A stretch of DNA of 59,112 nt, the filler included, from Dugesia japonica (Eukaryota): assembly GCA_001938525.1 (NCBI GenBank). It is 5 parts of 5 records of this genome, joined end to end, with 100 filler letters (N's around TTAATTAATTAA, not from the genome) between each part and the next. Parts side by side here need not be neighbours in the genome. Positions count along the whole stretch, not along the records: positions 8,496 to 30,357 come from MQRL01491107.1; 4 more parts are not named here. One strand, written 5' to 3'. Positions 10,624-23,580 of this stretch are shown here, one piece after another (the stretch's first letter is position 1; the number at the start of each line of letters is the position of its first letter). The notes under the pieces were generated by a model. The model ran no database searches. It saw only the letters and a list, made by a program, of their open reading frames with translations, and was not told the DNA's origin. The translations under genes and the position numbers were made by a program.

Positions 10624-10971
10624 ATCAGGGCCTTAAAATTTTTAAATTTGCAGTAATAAAAATGTTCGTACTAGAGACTTTTATATTGACTTATTACATC
10701 GAGAATATTGAAATTGATTTGCTTTTAACTTATAACTTTTGTCAACGTCATTCGATAGAAATCCAGAGAAAACATTTGCAATGAAAATTTTATTGTAATT
10801 AAATGAATTTTGAAAATTAAATTATAAATGCAATAATATTGTTTGTTTGTAAATTTGTTTTGAAAATAAATAATGAACTAAATTAGTTCTGAAATAAAGA
10901 TTTTTTTTAAAAAAATCGTATCTTAATTTATTCTAGATTATTACTTTTATTTTATATTCTTTATTATTTAG

Positions 10972-11384
10972 AATGATGAGTGGACAACTTGTCGACGATA
11001 TAATGAATTTCACAAATTTTATTTAGAGTTTATATCAAGGTTTCCTCATGTTAAAAATATTCCATTCCCATCAAAATGGTTTTACAAACCCACAGAAGAA
11101 CAACTTATTGATAGACAAAAAGGTCTCGAATCATTTCTACATATTGTTGTTAATTATATCTTCCGGAACATTTTGAATGGAAATAACGGCGAAATAAATC
11201 GTAAACCAGCTACTTATGAATCTTTTAAAAGACCTGGAAGGTGGAGTTGGGGTTCATTAGATTCAGGAACTGTACAAAATTCTCTGAACTTCCTAGAAGA
11301 AACGTTATCTACGGATCATTCTGATAGAAATAAATATATATTGACTCGACAAAATGTTATCAATACTATTCCATTTTTAGCACC
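10972..11384 (+). CDS. Exon of a PX-domain sorting nexin (SNX29-like C-terminal PX)
   Basis: The acceptor tttag is followed by NDEWTTCRRYNEFHKFY...FPHVKNIPFPSKWFY...RQKGLESFL...IPFLAP. The exon ends at a GTAAGT donor (11385) or at TAA (11386-11388). Confidence 0.8.
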
Positions 11385-11890
11385 GTAAGTTCTTATTTTA
11401 TAAAATACGTTTTTGAGATTTAACTCTCATTCTCTTAAAACGAAATAGGCTTTATATGATTTTTATTTGTGTTTTATTGATTAAAAATTTAATTTTTTGC
11501 TAATATTTTGATGTTTTTTTTTTAAAGAAATTATTAATTTTCTTAACTCTTTATAAAACATTTCCTTTCGCATCGACTAAACTTTTAAATATTAACTATA
11601 AAACGAGAACAGAATCATAACAACTCTAAAAAAATTAACATTCAAAATTATGTTTATTATTATACATAACTATACATATCTCAGTATACATTGGCTCTTT
11701 TCTTATAAAATATCGATTTCAATTATTTATTCAGAACTTTCACAACTGAGGTGTGAAAGTTCACGGTGGCATCTCTTTGTTCTAGTAACCGCGTATATCT
11801 TTACCAAATATCTTTATACTTCTGGTCTTGCTATCTTCAAAATGAATTACTGTGTTTAGATGACCAATATTGTTTGTAATTTAGTTAATG

Positions 11891-12807
11891 CAGCGTTTCC
11901 CAATCTTTTTTTTCACCGTGGCACCCTTTTTGATGGAACCCTTATATACTAAAATCTTAGAATTTTAATATAAGGGCAATTTGAAATATTAATAAGAGCT
12001 AAAGTATTATAGAAAATTGTTTGTATTTTTAATGCGTATTTGAAAACAATATAATTTCAAAAATTGGGGTTTCTCTTTTTTGTTATATTGACTTCAAAAT
12101 CTTTTGCGCATTGCAAATTGGGAGTGTGTTTAGAAAAGCGGGTTAAAATTTTTGTGTGATTGGTGATCATATTTTTAAAATCTTTTGTTTAAAAGAAAGA
12201 TTTAAAGTATTGATGAAAAATTTAAATAAATAAATTAAGTTTCAGTGTTAATAAATCAAAAATGATGATTGAATAATATAGTAAACTTTTTAATAAATAA
12301 CATTTTTAACATGAAAGAAAATTTGTCTTAAATTTTAAATAAATAAATAAAATGTTTGAAATAAATTAAATTCATTTTAAATAAATTACAGTTTCCGATT
12401 TTGAAAAATGATCACCAATGAAAACACAGAATTTTAATTTATTTGAATAAACAAATAGTGTTAAACATAGTTTTTATTTTAATAAATTTATGGAGTTGAA
12501 TTTTGATGTTGATAATCCTATGAGTTCGTAAAACTCATTTAACACAAATATTGTCAGATCTAGGTTTTATATTAATACTTTATACTGATAATGCTGAATG
12601 CAATGAAATCGAGTCATATAAAATAGAATGGAAATTAATTTTTAAGACTTTATCAATGGAATAGAAAACGAATTTTAAATTGAATTCGAACGGAATCGNA
12701 AATTATTTATAAAACTTTTTTGAAAATATTTACAAAAAGTTCGTGGAACCCTTGCTATCAGTCCACGGTAAGCCAGGGTTCCGCGGAACACACTTTGGGA
12801 AACGCTG
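11891..12807. mobile_element. Non-autonomous hAT element containing a nested solo LTR
   Basis: TIRs cagcgtttccca and tgggaaacgctg. The 8-bp TSD is agttaatg/agttaatt. Confidence 0.85.
12119..12543 (+). mobile_element. Solo LTR of the Gypsy family at 30927-34170
   Basis: Shares gtgtgattggtgatc...aaatcttttgtttaaa...gatgaaaaatttaaataaa with 30927-31221, 33960-34170 and 35270-35606. Confidence 0.75.
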
Positions 12808-13905
12808 AGTTAATTGGTTTCTAAAATGTGATTTTTCTTATAATCCATTTTATTAATCATGTTATTAATGTAAATAATATTTTTACTTCAATAAATTCTA
12901 TTTAATCTATTCTTGTGTTACACTATCAAATCTGGCCAATCAGAATTACAAGTGTAATATTGCAGTCGAATTACATTTAATTGAAAATAGATATTTTATT
13001 TAGAAAATCCATAAAACCAATTACAATTCTGAAAATAAAATCGTAATTTAAAAAAATCTTATATTTTGAATATTCATTTTTTGAAATATATTTTGACGAA
13101 CAAAATTAAAATTTATTTATGAATCATCAAATTTATTAACTAAATTGAGTATTAAATCCATATAGTAAACCTATAATTCTTGTACAAATTTTGTATGTAA
13201 TGTACAATTATAGTTTATTTCAATTTTTCTATATTGATTTTTCATTTCATAAAATTTTTTTAAATATTGATTGTATTTTATGAATTAGAAAATTTTCCAG
13301 TTATAATCTTTAATTAATGAAAACTAAATTATTCAGTTGTATTTGTGTGCTTGAGACAGAAGTCGCATTATAATTTTCACTGAAAACAGAATGATGTAAT
13401 TTGGATTACTAATATTTTCTAACTTTTCTGCTTAATTTTGCGAGAAAAATATTCTTATCTTAATATGCTATAGTATTTCACTGATATTTGATTCAAGTGT
13501 TTTCCTTAAATACACCAAATTGTCTTGAGATATTTTTTGTGTGCCATGTAATTTTTGCTATCATTTACTAACTTGTTTTTCGCACTAGTTAAAGTTTCTN
13601 TAAAAAGTATTAGTACAATGAAGCTTGTCTAAAAAAAAACGCAAGTGACTGAGGAATTTTTTGCATTTCTGGTGTAACAAGATTTGTAGTATTTCAAGTA
13701 GAAAATTTTACGAAACGGAGCAGTATAACCGATGCATTTGGTTAGCTCCTTGTGGTGCTCTAGTCCATATCGAGCACTTGAAATTTGATGATAAATATTG
13801 CAATCAAAAATAAAGAGTAAAAAGGTATTGTTGATAAAATTGATCCTTAAAATAATTAGCAAAAATCAGTAAAACTATAATTCATGTTTTCTAATATTTA
13901 TTTAC

Positions 13906-14390
13906 GGTACTTTCCGGTTATTTCGACCTCATCAAAAATTTTATAATTTTTTTAATTTTCAAAATTAAACAAAATCAATTTCAAATAAAATATATTATAT
14001 TAAATAAAATACTCTTCTTCTTTAATTTTAAGAAAGATGAATCTCTGGAGCCTGCCAACTACTGAGGAGGAAGCTGTGAAATTCTTTCAAGATCGTGGTC
14101 TACTATCAAAAGAACGAAGACCGTGGAAAGGATGTGGGGATCAGCAGAGTGGAGGAATAAGAAGCACAGAGGCACCGATCGTCACTTCCTGAAGTCTATG
14201 TAGAGTTTATGTAGAGAAGCAGTATTGGCGAAGAGAATCCTTTCGATGCTATTCTGGATAAGGTGAAGAATCGTTGGCCGCCTGCTATTGGAGAATGATT
14301 GTTCTATTCTTTGTTTCTATGGTTTATTGTATGATTTGGAATAAAAAAATTATAAAATTTTTGATGAGGTCGAGATAACCGGAAAGTACC
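13906..14390 (+). mobile_element. Merlin (IS1016/ISXO2-like) internal-deletion derivative
   Basis: ~49-bp TIRs (ggtactttccggtta...) with one mismatch. It retains the transposase N-terminus MNLWSLPTTEEEAVKFFQDRGLL joined to the C-terminus TVERMWGSAEWRNKKHRGT...EFM. Confidence 0.9.
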
Positions 14391-15277
14391 TTTTATTGCT
14401 AATTCTAAAATTCAACTACACTCCAAAAACTAGTAATATTTAAACCAAAAATATAGTTTTCAAAACACTAAAAATATTTTACATCAATAGAATTAATTTC
14501 TAAATAAAAATTACACATACAAACCTTAAAAATTATACATAAATCACGAATACCTAATAAATAAATTAGCTATAATTCGAGAACTGTGGAGAACATGTTC
14601 GATGATTCACTAAAATTTTACAATTCGGTAAAAATGTAACTGACAATTATTAATTTTTTGTATCCCGTAAGTGTTGTTCTTTCGGACAATATAATCAAAG
14701 TAAACTTGTAAAATATTGAATATAAAATATTTACAACTGAAAGTTCATAGGTACCAAAGATGCGTGTATACCAAAAAATCAGTTAGACAAAGTCCTAAAA
14801 ATGCTAGTAACTTCAAATTGTGCTTTTGAAACAAAGGGACAAAATTTTACAATTATTAATATGGATTTTATACAGTTTAATTCTATTTTATTAATAAAAT
14901 TTGTTAATAACACTAATTATATGTTATTGAATTTGATTTCTCAATCGTTTAATAAAATAACAAAATCGAATTTTTCTTTATGTAATACTTTCTCAGTTTT
15001 TATAATTGAATGTGAAATATTGACGGTAATGAATTACATTTCACTAATTTCTTTATCTGAATAAGAACCTTATACAGATAAAGAAATTAGTGAAAGAGAT
15101 GATAAAAACCAAAAATTTTACTGAAATACAATAATAGAAAAGAAGCAATAGACAAAATAGATCAGTGGTTAAAAAAATTTATGTGACAAAGAACATATTT
15201 AGAATTTTAAAAATTCTTGAGCTCCAGAACAATTATACCTTTATAAGTAAGTAATATCCTACTAAAAAATTATTGTT

Positions 15278-18200
15278 AGTTATGGAAAATTCGAAATAAC
15301 GTTGTTTGAGTAATACGAATTAACGTTATAATTTATATTTAATAAATATTCTAAGCACTTAATTATTCTTCAAGTATGATAGAGGACAAGGATATTGTAA
15401 CTGGCAACCAAGCCAGAACTGTGAATGTGGTGACAAGGTAACAGCATCAATGGAAAGCAATTTTAGATGCGTTATCAAAAAAAGCGCAAGAATTAATAAA
15501 TTTTAACGTCAGCAAATGTGATGGAAAGGATGCAGAAGAATCTTCAAAATGGTTTGAGGATATCGAGAAGTGGACTATCGTTAACAATTTCAATTTGTTG
15601 GATATCTTTGATTTATTATTGTCAGATGAAACATGAATTCTTTGGAAAGATTTTAAAAGATTGAGATCACAATGGAGGAAGCCAAAAGTTATTCACAGAC
15701 ACACGATAAAAAAAATCGTTTTCAGAGCTGATTTTAGAATTAGCAATATTAAAACAAGAGACTGGAGAAAGATTCGTAACATTCGAAATCAGAGTAAGAA
15801 ATATGATAGATAATATCATGAATTCAGGACTAAGTAAAGATGAAATAATTAATGGCGTACTCTCAAAGAAGAGGAAAAATACAAATTTGAGAGAAACATT
15901 GACAACACGTTCTGATATCAAGATCACGAAAATGAGATACCTAGCGAAGATTTACGAGGAAAGTGAACATTATCAACGAATCGCCGAAAAGGAAGACATC
16001 TGTATGATACAAAAAAAGATGAGTTATGCAAATGTAGTGAAACCGTAAATAAATAGAGTTGAAGAGGATAGACATAAAATACGTCCAAATAATTTGCCAG
16101 TAAAAAGAGTATATGAGAGAAACATATAACCAGTGATGATGGAAGATAGAACACAGGTGATGAGGCCAAAACCGACAGTATCAATGAAATATTTGGCAGC
16201 ATGTTATTTTAATAGACAGAGAGGATTTTCAGAACCTCGGAAAGAAAATTCCAAGACGGACAATGTTATTGCTGAGGAGAACATGGACATAAACGATAGC
16301 AATGCTCATTAAAAGACAAACGTTTAATTTGCGGCAAGTCTGGTCATAAGTTTAGATCTTGTTAGATTGTACAGGGTTCGTCTAGTAGAAGGAACACTAA
16401 TTTTATATGTATTCAAGAGGAATTGAATGAATCAAAAAAAGATGATGAGAACGTGACAGATTATGATGTAGTAATGGGGGAAAACCAGAACTAATCGATT
16501 GCTTACATTTCGTCCATGGAGTGAGTATAGCATAAGATAAAATAAATCGAAATCATGATAAAAGAGGAGTGATATTTGAAATAGAAGATGAACAAGATTA
16601 GAGTAGAGTAGATGTTAATANNNNNNNNNNNNNNNNNNNNNNNNNNNNNNNNNNNNNNNNNNNNNNNNNNNNNNNNNNNNNNNNNNNNNNNNNNNNNNNN
16701 NNNNNNNNNNNNNNNNNNNNNNNNNNNNNNNNNNNNNNNNNNNNNNNNNNNNNNNNNNNNNNNTAGCAGAATTAAGTATACAATGGAACAAGAAAGTCAG
16801 GAAAGTTAAAGTCATCATAGTTAGACAGATCCACCTCGAATTAATAGGAAGTATTGATACAATGTAAAGTTTTGGAGTGATATTAACAAAAATAAATAAC
16901 ATCGAAAATGAGAGTCTAAAGATAACGCATTCCGATGAAGATAGAAAAAATAACGCGTTGAAGTTGTTTATATGAATTGATAACAGAAAAACGGTTCATT
17001 TGATCCAGAATTTGGTGATATATTCATGGCTTGAAAGTTTGATATTGGACATACGAGAAAAGTAATACATGAAGTAAAAATTAAAGGAGATCCAATAGTA
17101 CAGCATCCTAGAAGACATCCAATGCATTTAGAAAAGAAAATTGAAGATATGATTAAAGAATTAGCAAAGATTGGTGTGATCAACAAGTGTAATAGGGCTT
17201 GGAATTCTTCATTAGTGATTGTGGGTAAAAAGGACGGCTCGATAAGAATGTGCGTGGATTTCAGACAAGTGAATTTGAGGACAGAAAAGGTATCTTTTCC
17301 AATTCCAGATATTCAATTATTATTTGATTGTTTATCTGGCTCGAAAATACTTTCATTGATTGATTTGAGCCAAACTTATTACCAAGTAGAGTTAGCGGAA
17401 AGGTGCAGGGATTCACTGCTTTTAGTACAAAGGAACATCAATTCAGATTTAACCGAATGTCTTTTAGATTAGCTACAGCACCAGCCATTTTTCAAAAGTT
17501 AATGCACGAGTTATTAGAAGGATTAATTTTCAAAGGAGTTATCGTATATTTGGACGATATTCTGGCTTACGGAAAAACTTTGATGGATCATGACAAAATG
17601 TTAGAAATAATTTTTTACAGGATCAGAGATTCTAGATTAAGAATAAACCCAGAGAAATGTCAATTTTATTAGAAAGAAGTGTTGTTCTTTGGACATACAG
17701 TTAATGCAACTATAAGTATAAATTAAGATTCAAGAGATTAAGAATGCCATAGTTCCAGAATGTTCTTCAAAGCTTCGTTCGTTTCTCGTACTAACAAATT
17801 ACTACAGGCGTTTCATAAAAGATTATGCAAAGATAGCAGCGTCTTTATATGAAGAAACTTCAGATTGCAACAAACTGTTAGTTTGAACAGCAGCATTCCA
17901 GAACAGTTTCAATGCGTTAAAATACAAGTTATGTAGGGCTCCAGTATTAGAATATCACAGAGACGATCAGGTGTTCATTTTAGACACTGTCGCTAGTTTT
18001 AGGGCTATCGGCATAGTCCTTAGTCAATGCGATGAGGAAAGGAAGTGGCAATAGCGTATGGATCCAGACATTTGACAGCTCATGAAAAGGGTACTTTGTA
18101 ACAAGGAAAGAACTATTAGCTATACACGAATTTTTACAACAATTCAAACAATATCTGTATGGAAAGAGATTTCTAGTAAGAACAGACCACAAAGTGTTGG

Positions 18201-19681
18201 TGTTTCTGAACAACACAAAGAAACCAATCAGTCGAGAATTCCAGACGAATAATATAACAATGCGGATGGGTTTTCTTGGCTAAAGGACAGTTTATGCTTA
18301 CAATGTAGCATGAAACACGGACGCAAAAGGAAAAAAGCCAGAGTGAAACATCAATGAAATTCAACATGAGACCGATATAATTACAATTATTCTATAGGCT
18401 CAAACAGAAGATTCAGAAATACAAAGCTGTTTAGCAATGTTACGAGAAGGATGTTTAGAGACTAAAATAGTGAAATGGTAAGCTACTGGAATAAATTGTA
18501 GCACGAATTGAAAATAGTGGATGGTTTGTTAGTGGTAGAAAGAGGAAATAATTTTTTCTTAGTGGTTCCGACAAGCATAATTGATAAGGTGATAAAAGGA
18601 ATTCATGAAAATTTATGTCATGTGGGAAGGAAAAGGTTATTTTCATACGTACAAGATTATTTCTGGCTACATGGTTATTTCTGGCCAGGAATGTGCAAGA
18701 CAATTAACAAAAGTATTATTAAATGCGAGATGTGCGCCAAAATGAAAGTAGTATAAAGTCGTACAAAATAAACTTATACTGTGGAGAAGCAAATCGTAGT
18801 GGATATAGTTCATATGGAACAGAGCAAGTCTGGAAAGAAATATATGGTTGTAATTATTGATCATTTTTTGCAAACTAATCAGCTTATCTGAAGTTTCATA
18901 AATGAATGAAGAGACGATTTTTATGATAATTTTGAACAAATGGATATACAGTTATGGTAAACCAAAATTCATTCTGATGGACAGAAATAAAGTGTTTGAA
19001 AGCCAAGTGATGACAAAGAAACTAGGAAAAGTTGGAATTTGTGCAGGAATCAACGTCCCGGATCAAACCAGTCGAATGGTTTGGTAGAACGGATGATCCT
19101 AACAGTTAGGGACAGAAATACGATATCAATCAAAGGGAAATGTAATGAGAAAGATTTTCAGACATTATTACCGAGAGTAGAATTTAGTATTAATGCTACA
19201 ATACAAGAGTCAACAAAATTCTCTGCTTTCGAAATCGTATTTGGTTGAAAGATACCAAAGAGGAAACGCTCTCAAGATGAAGGACAGACAGAGAAGATGT
19301 AGTGCGACAGAATTTAGAGAAGNNNNNNNNNNNNNNNNNNNNNNNNNNNNNNNNNNNNNNNNNNNNNNNNNNNNNNNNNNNNNNNNNNNNNNNNNNNNNN
19401 NNNNNNNNNNNNNNNNNNNNNNNNNNNNNNNNNNNNNNNNNNNNNNNNNNNNNNNNNNNNNNNNNNNNNNNNNNNNNNNNNNNNNNNNNNNNNNNNNNNN
19501 NNNNNNNNNNNNNNNNNNNNNNNNNNNNNNNNNNNNNNNNNNNNNNNNNNNNNNNNNNNNNNNNNNNNNNNGAAATAACGTTGTTTGAATAATACGAATT
19601 AACGTTATAATTTATATTTAATTAATATTCGAAGCACTTAGTTATTCTTCAAGTATGATAGAGGACAAGGGTATTGTAACT
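15278..19681 (+). mobile_element. Ty3/Gypsy LTR retrotransposon, decayed but with both boundaries
   Basis: The 5' LTR is 15278-15402 and the visible 3' LTR is 19572-19681 (5 mismatches in 110 bp). Termini are AGTTA...TAACT, the TSD is ttgtt and the PBS is TGGCAACC. Domains: gag, RT (RMCVDFRQVN, VIVYLDDIL), RNase H and integrase (HENLCH..CEMC, QSNGLVER). Confidence 0.95.
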
Positions 19682-22289
19682 TTGTTAAAAAAAACTTTTA
19701 CTACTACATTATATTGTATAATTATCCCGGAAAAAAGAGTTAATTATTTTTTAATTATGATTATTTTCTTAAGACGTTCTTAGGGAATTTCTTTTTTGCA
19801 CTTTTTTAAGAGACTTATTTTAATATCGTGTTCATGTCAGAGATTTTCTTCTACAAAAAAGCTCATGAAAACATCGTGAAGGTACATGTTGGCACAGGTT
19901 TACCTACAACTGTGCTAAATCAACTGATTTCAACATGGACTTATGTAAATAAAACAATCCATGTCCTATGATTGGCCTTAACGATTAACATTTCTATTTT
20001 ATAAAGGTTACGTTATTTCAGTGTGCAAAAATAATGGTTTTATTCTAGAAAATGATATTTAGAAAAATTTATATATATGAATTGATTCATTCTTTCATTC
20101 TCAGAAGAAAATTTACATTATGCAATCTGTAACTGAATTCAAGAAAAATGAAACGAATAAATTTAACTTAAAATCATTAATAGTGGGTTGCTATGTAAAT
20201 TTTTGTGCCTTATAATACTAATTATACTGGCATACCTAGTGCATATGTTATCAACAAATTTGTAATTGTTGCATAAATTACTGCTTAAAAACTTTTAAGA
20301 AATCAAAAATGGTTTTGAAAATGTTTACATTTATTAATAAAACACTAGTTTTGTAAATAAGAAAAACGTCCATAAATCAGGGTTGCCAACCCGATTAAAT
20401 AAAATTGACAAACAAATATTTAGAATCATACAATCTTTTTATAAACAAATTTTAATATAGAATTTCAAAATGAAATATACGTCACTGTCGACCATTGCGG
20501 AAGTGACTGAAGTTTGAACGATATACTTTTTTACTATAAAAAGATAGATAAGTTTTTATATTTGCTTTAAATTTTTTTTACGAATATTCTAATGTTTTTA
20601 CGNNNNNNNNNNNNNNNNNNNNNNNNNNNNNNNNNNNNNNNNNNNNNNNNNNNNNNNNNNNNNNNNNNNNNNNNNNNNNNNNNNNNNNNNNNNNNNNNNN
20701 NNNNNNNNNNNNNNNNNNNNNNNNNNNNNNNNNNNNNNNNNNNNNNNNNNNNNNNNNNNNNNNNNNNNNNNNNNNNNNNNNNNNNNNNNNNNNNNNNNNN
20801 NNTGATTTATCCTATTGCAAGAATTACTGTTATTTAAATATTTAATAATTTCTCAAAATTTTTAAGATATAAAGTATGTGATTGATATTAATTATTTTAA
20901 TATCCACGTAATTAAATATAGGGCGTGGCATAAATCTAGAAAATATTTCAGCGTATTGACATTTACTTGAAATTATATTATAAACTATAATTTATATAAA
21001 AATAATGACGCGTATTTTGTAATTCTTTTCACTATGTTAAAAATAATTTCGTCATTTCTATTTGAAGTAGTTATTGTCTTTAAATAAAGATAATGTGTTT
21101 AATTTATAAAATAGAAATATAATTTTTATTCTCTTATAATGTGCAACAATTAAACCGGGTTAACCATTATTTGCTGTGTTTCAATACACATAAAATGTGA
21201 CTGTTCATAAGGTGCTTCAGGTCATTAATATTTAAATTTAAAATGGTCTTTTAGTGATTAGTAGGATACAATTTATTGAAAAAATTGCTTGCAATATGCT
21301 TTTATGAATTATTGCTTATAATTATTTCACTTAAGTAAATGTGTAATACTAATCCTATTATATATAATTCTTCAAAGGGTTGGTTTAGTATTTATGCTTA
21401 ATAATTTGTTTTTATGCATGATGTTTTGCGGGACTCAATTGTATCACTTCGTAGCCGATGCCTGATTAATTCAATAGTGTAAACTGTATTTTATCACAAG
21501 AATTTTTAGTTAACCAATGCCAGTTTGCTAGAAAAATATTGATTAAGCAGGAAATATGTGATTTTGTCTTGACAGATTATTTAAACAAAACGATAATATT
21601 TCAATTGAAATTGTATATCAAATTGTACATCAAACAATATCTTCGATTAGGAACAACTTTTTTAAAATTTATTAAGCATTTATTCTCAAAAACATTTTTA
21701 AAATTAATTATGCTGCTCAAAATTTATAACATTTAATAAATTGACGTATTCAATTCGTTGCGTTATTCAAAAGGTGTTTATTATAATTATTAATTTAAAA
21801 TAGGTTTCTATACTATTCTGAGAGCGCCCGTAATTTTTGAATTTATTAATTTAGTTGAATTTGTTAGCAAATTAGTATGTTTAATGTAAATGATGTTTCA
21901 TTTTAAAAATGAATTTAAATAATTTGTTCAGCCATCCACTTATATTGATATTTAATTTGGTGATATATAATTTTATTATATGAAAAACCCAGTGGTTTGT
22001 TTGTGCGTGATGCTCAATATTATGCAACAAATTTCAAAAATTGTGATTTTTTATACTATCTGTTAAATTTTTCAGTTATTATATTAAAAATACCCAGTGA
22101 TGTTTCTTTGCTTTTATTGAAAATTTAAAGTTCAAAAAATTTAATGAAAGTTGTTCATAAAATGATCGAGAAAAGTGTTCAAAAATGGTTAACTTCAATG
22201 ATGATAATTTCTAAAATTTTACTGAAAATTTAAAATCTAATGAAAGTTATTTTAAAAAGAACAAGAAAAATTTATGAAAGTAAATAATT

Positions 22290-23580
22290 TAAAAAATGAC
22301 ACCTTCGAACTATGCGACGCCAATAATCCTCACTCTCCGTGCATGGAAAATGGTGTTTGCAAAAATAACTTCCCAAAAGACTTCAACGAAGTACGATCCC
22401 AAATGTCAGCGGCTATTCAGTGTACAGACGTCGCNNNNNNNNNNNNNNNNNNNNNNNNNNNNNNNNNNNNNNNNNNNNNNNNNNNNNNNNNNNNNNNNNN
22501 NNNNNNNNNNNNNNNNNNNNNNNNNNNNNNNNNNNNNNNNNNNNNNNNTCTTTGTCAGCCATCAAGTACATTTTAAAGGCTTCGACTGCCCAGACTTTGC
22601 AGTTACTTCAGACGGAAATCAGCTACTTAAATATGACGAAATCACCAATTTTCTTAACTGCCGTTACGTGATGCAAAGCTTGTCATTATCGATGAAATCA
22701 CGATGTTGCCTAAGGAAGGTTCTTAGATGCATCGATTTCATGCTTCTCGAGATAATGCATAACGATCGGACATTAAGTGACAAGGTTCTTATTATTGGTG
22801 GAGACTTTCGTCAGACTTTGCCTGTCGTTCTACGAGACACTCAAGCTGACATCATTGATTCCTGTATCAAGTCAAGTTCATTATGGTGTCACTTCCGACA
22901 AATGCAAAGCGAAGGTCAGCAAGAGCATAGTGAGTGACTTCTTGATGTCTCGATCTAAAGCTCATCCAAGTTCCTTAAGCCATGCTTACGAATGGCAACT
23001 TAATCGACGCTATTTTTGGCAAATAACATGGAACAGTTGACGAACAGAGTGATCATCCCCGCAACCATCTGTATTAACTCTTGAGATGAATCGCGAAATC
23101 ATGAGCCTGAAATTTAATACAGTGCCGATTCAGTTGTATCTGAAGATCATGTCGATGCTATGAATTTCTCAACGTGTTGACTCCATCAGGCATGCCCCAC
23201 ATACACTGTTGCTTCATTTCGAAATTTGAATGCAATAAAGTGTTTATGCAATTGCACACGATTGGTGGTTGAGTATCGTTCTCGAAATACAATTATTGCA
23301 CGAATTATTTCTTGCCATTTGTCTTGCGAAGACGTCAATTCTGGTGTTTTGCATTACCATGAACAAATCCCATGGTCAAGCATATGACATGGTAGAAATT
23401 GACCTGCAGCTTCCGGTAGTCGGCCACGGCCAATTTTATGTCTGTTTTGTCACGTGCTCGCTACAATGACCTTATTAAAGTGAATATTTCATAATCACAA
23501 TCACACAAGCATAGTCAGGTGCTGAAAGATGACTGATAATTCACTTGCAACGTAGTCTATAAGGAAGTCTTCCGCATGTA
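22290..23580 (+). mobile_element. Helitron Rep/PIF1 helicase fragments
   Basis: SPCMENGVCKNNFPKDF and YRRR (Rep), followed by IGGDFRQTLPVV, ITMNKSHGQ, HGQFYV and NVVYKEV (PIF1 helicase). Confidence 0.9.

Noticed and set aside
14360-14390. Hammerhead-like TGATGA...GAAA in the Merlin TIR
   Set aside because: It lacks the core C and coherent stems, and the TIR explains it.
19302-19592. ORFs composed mostly of X (also at 16612, 20592, 35745 and 55567)
   Set aside because: These are artefacts of translating N runs.
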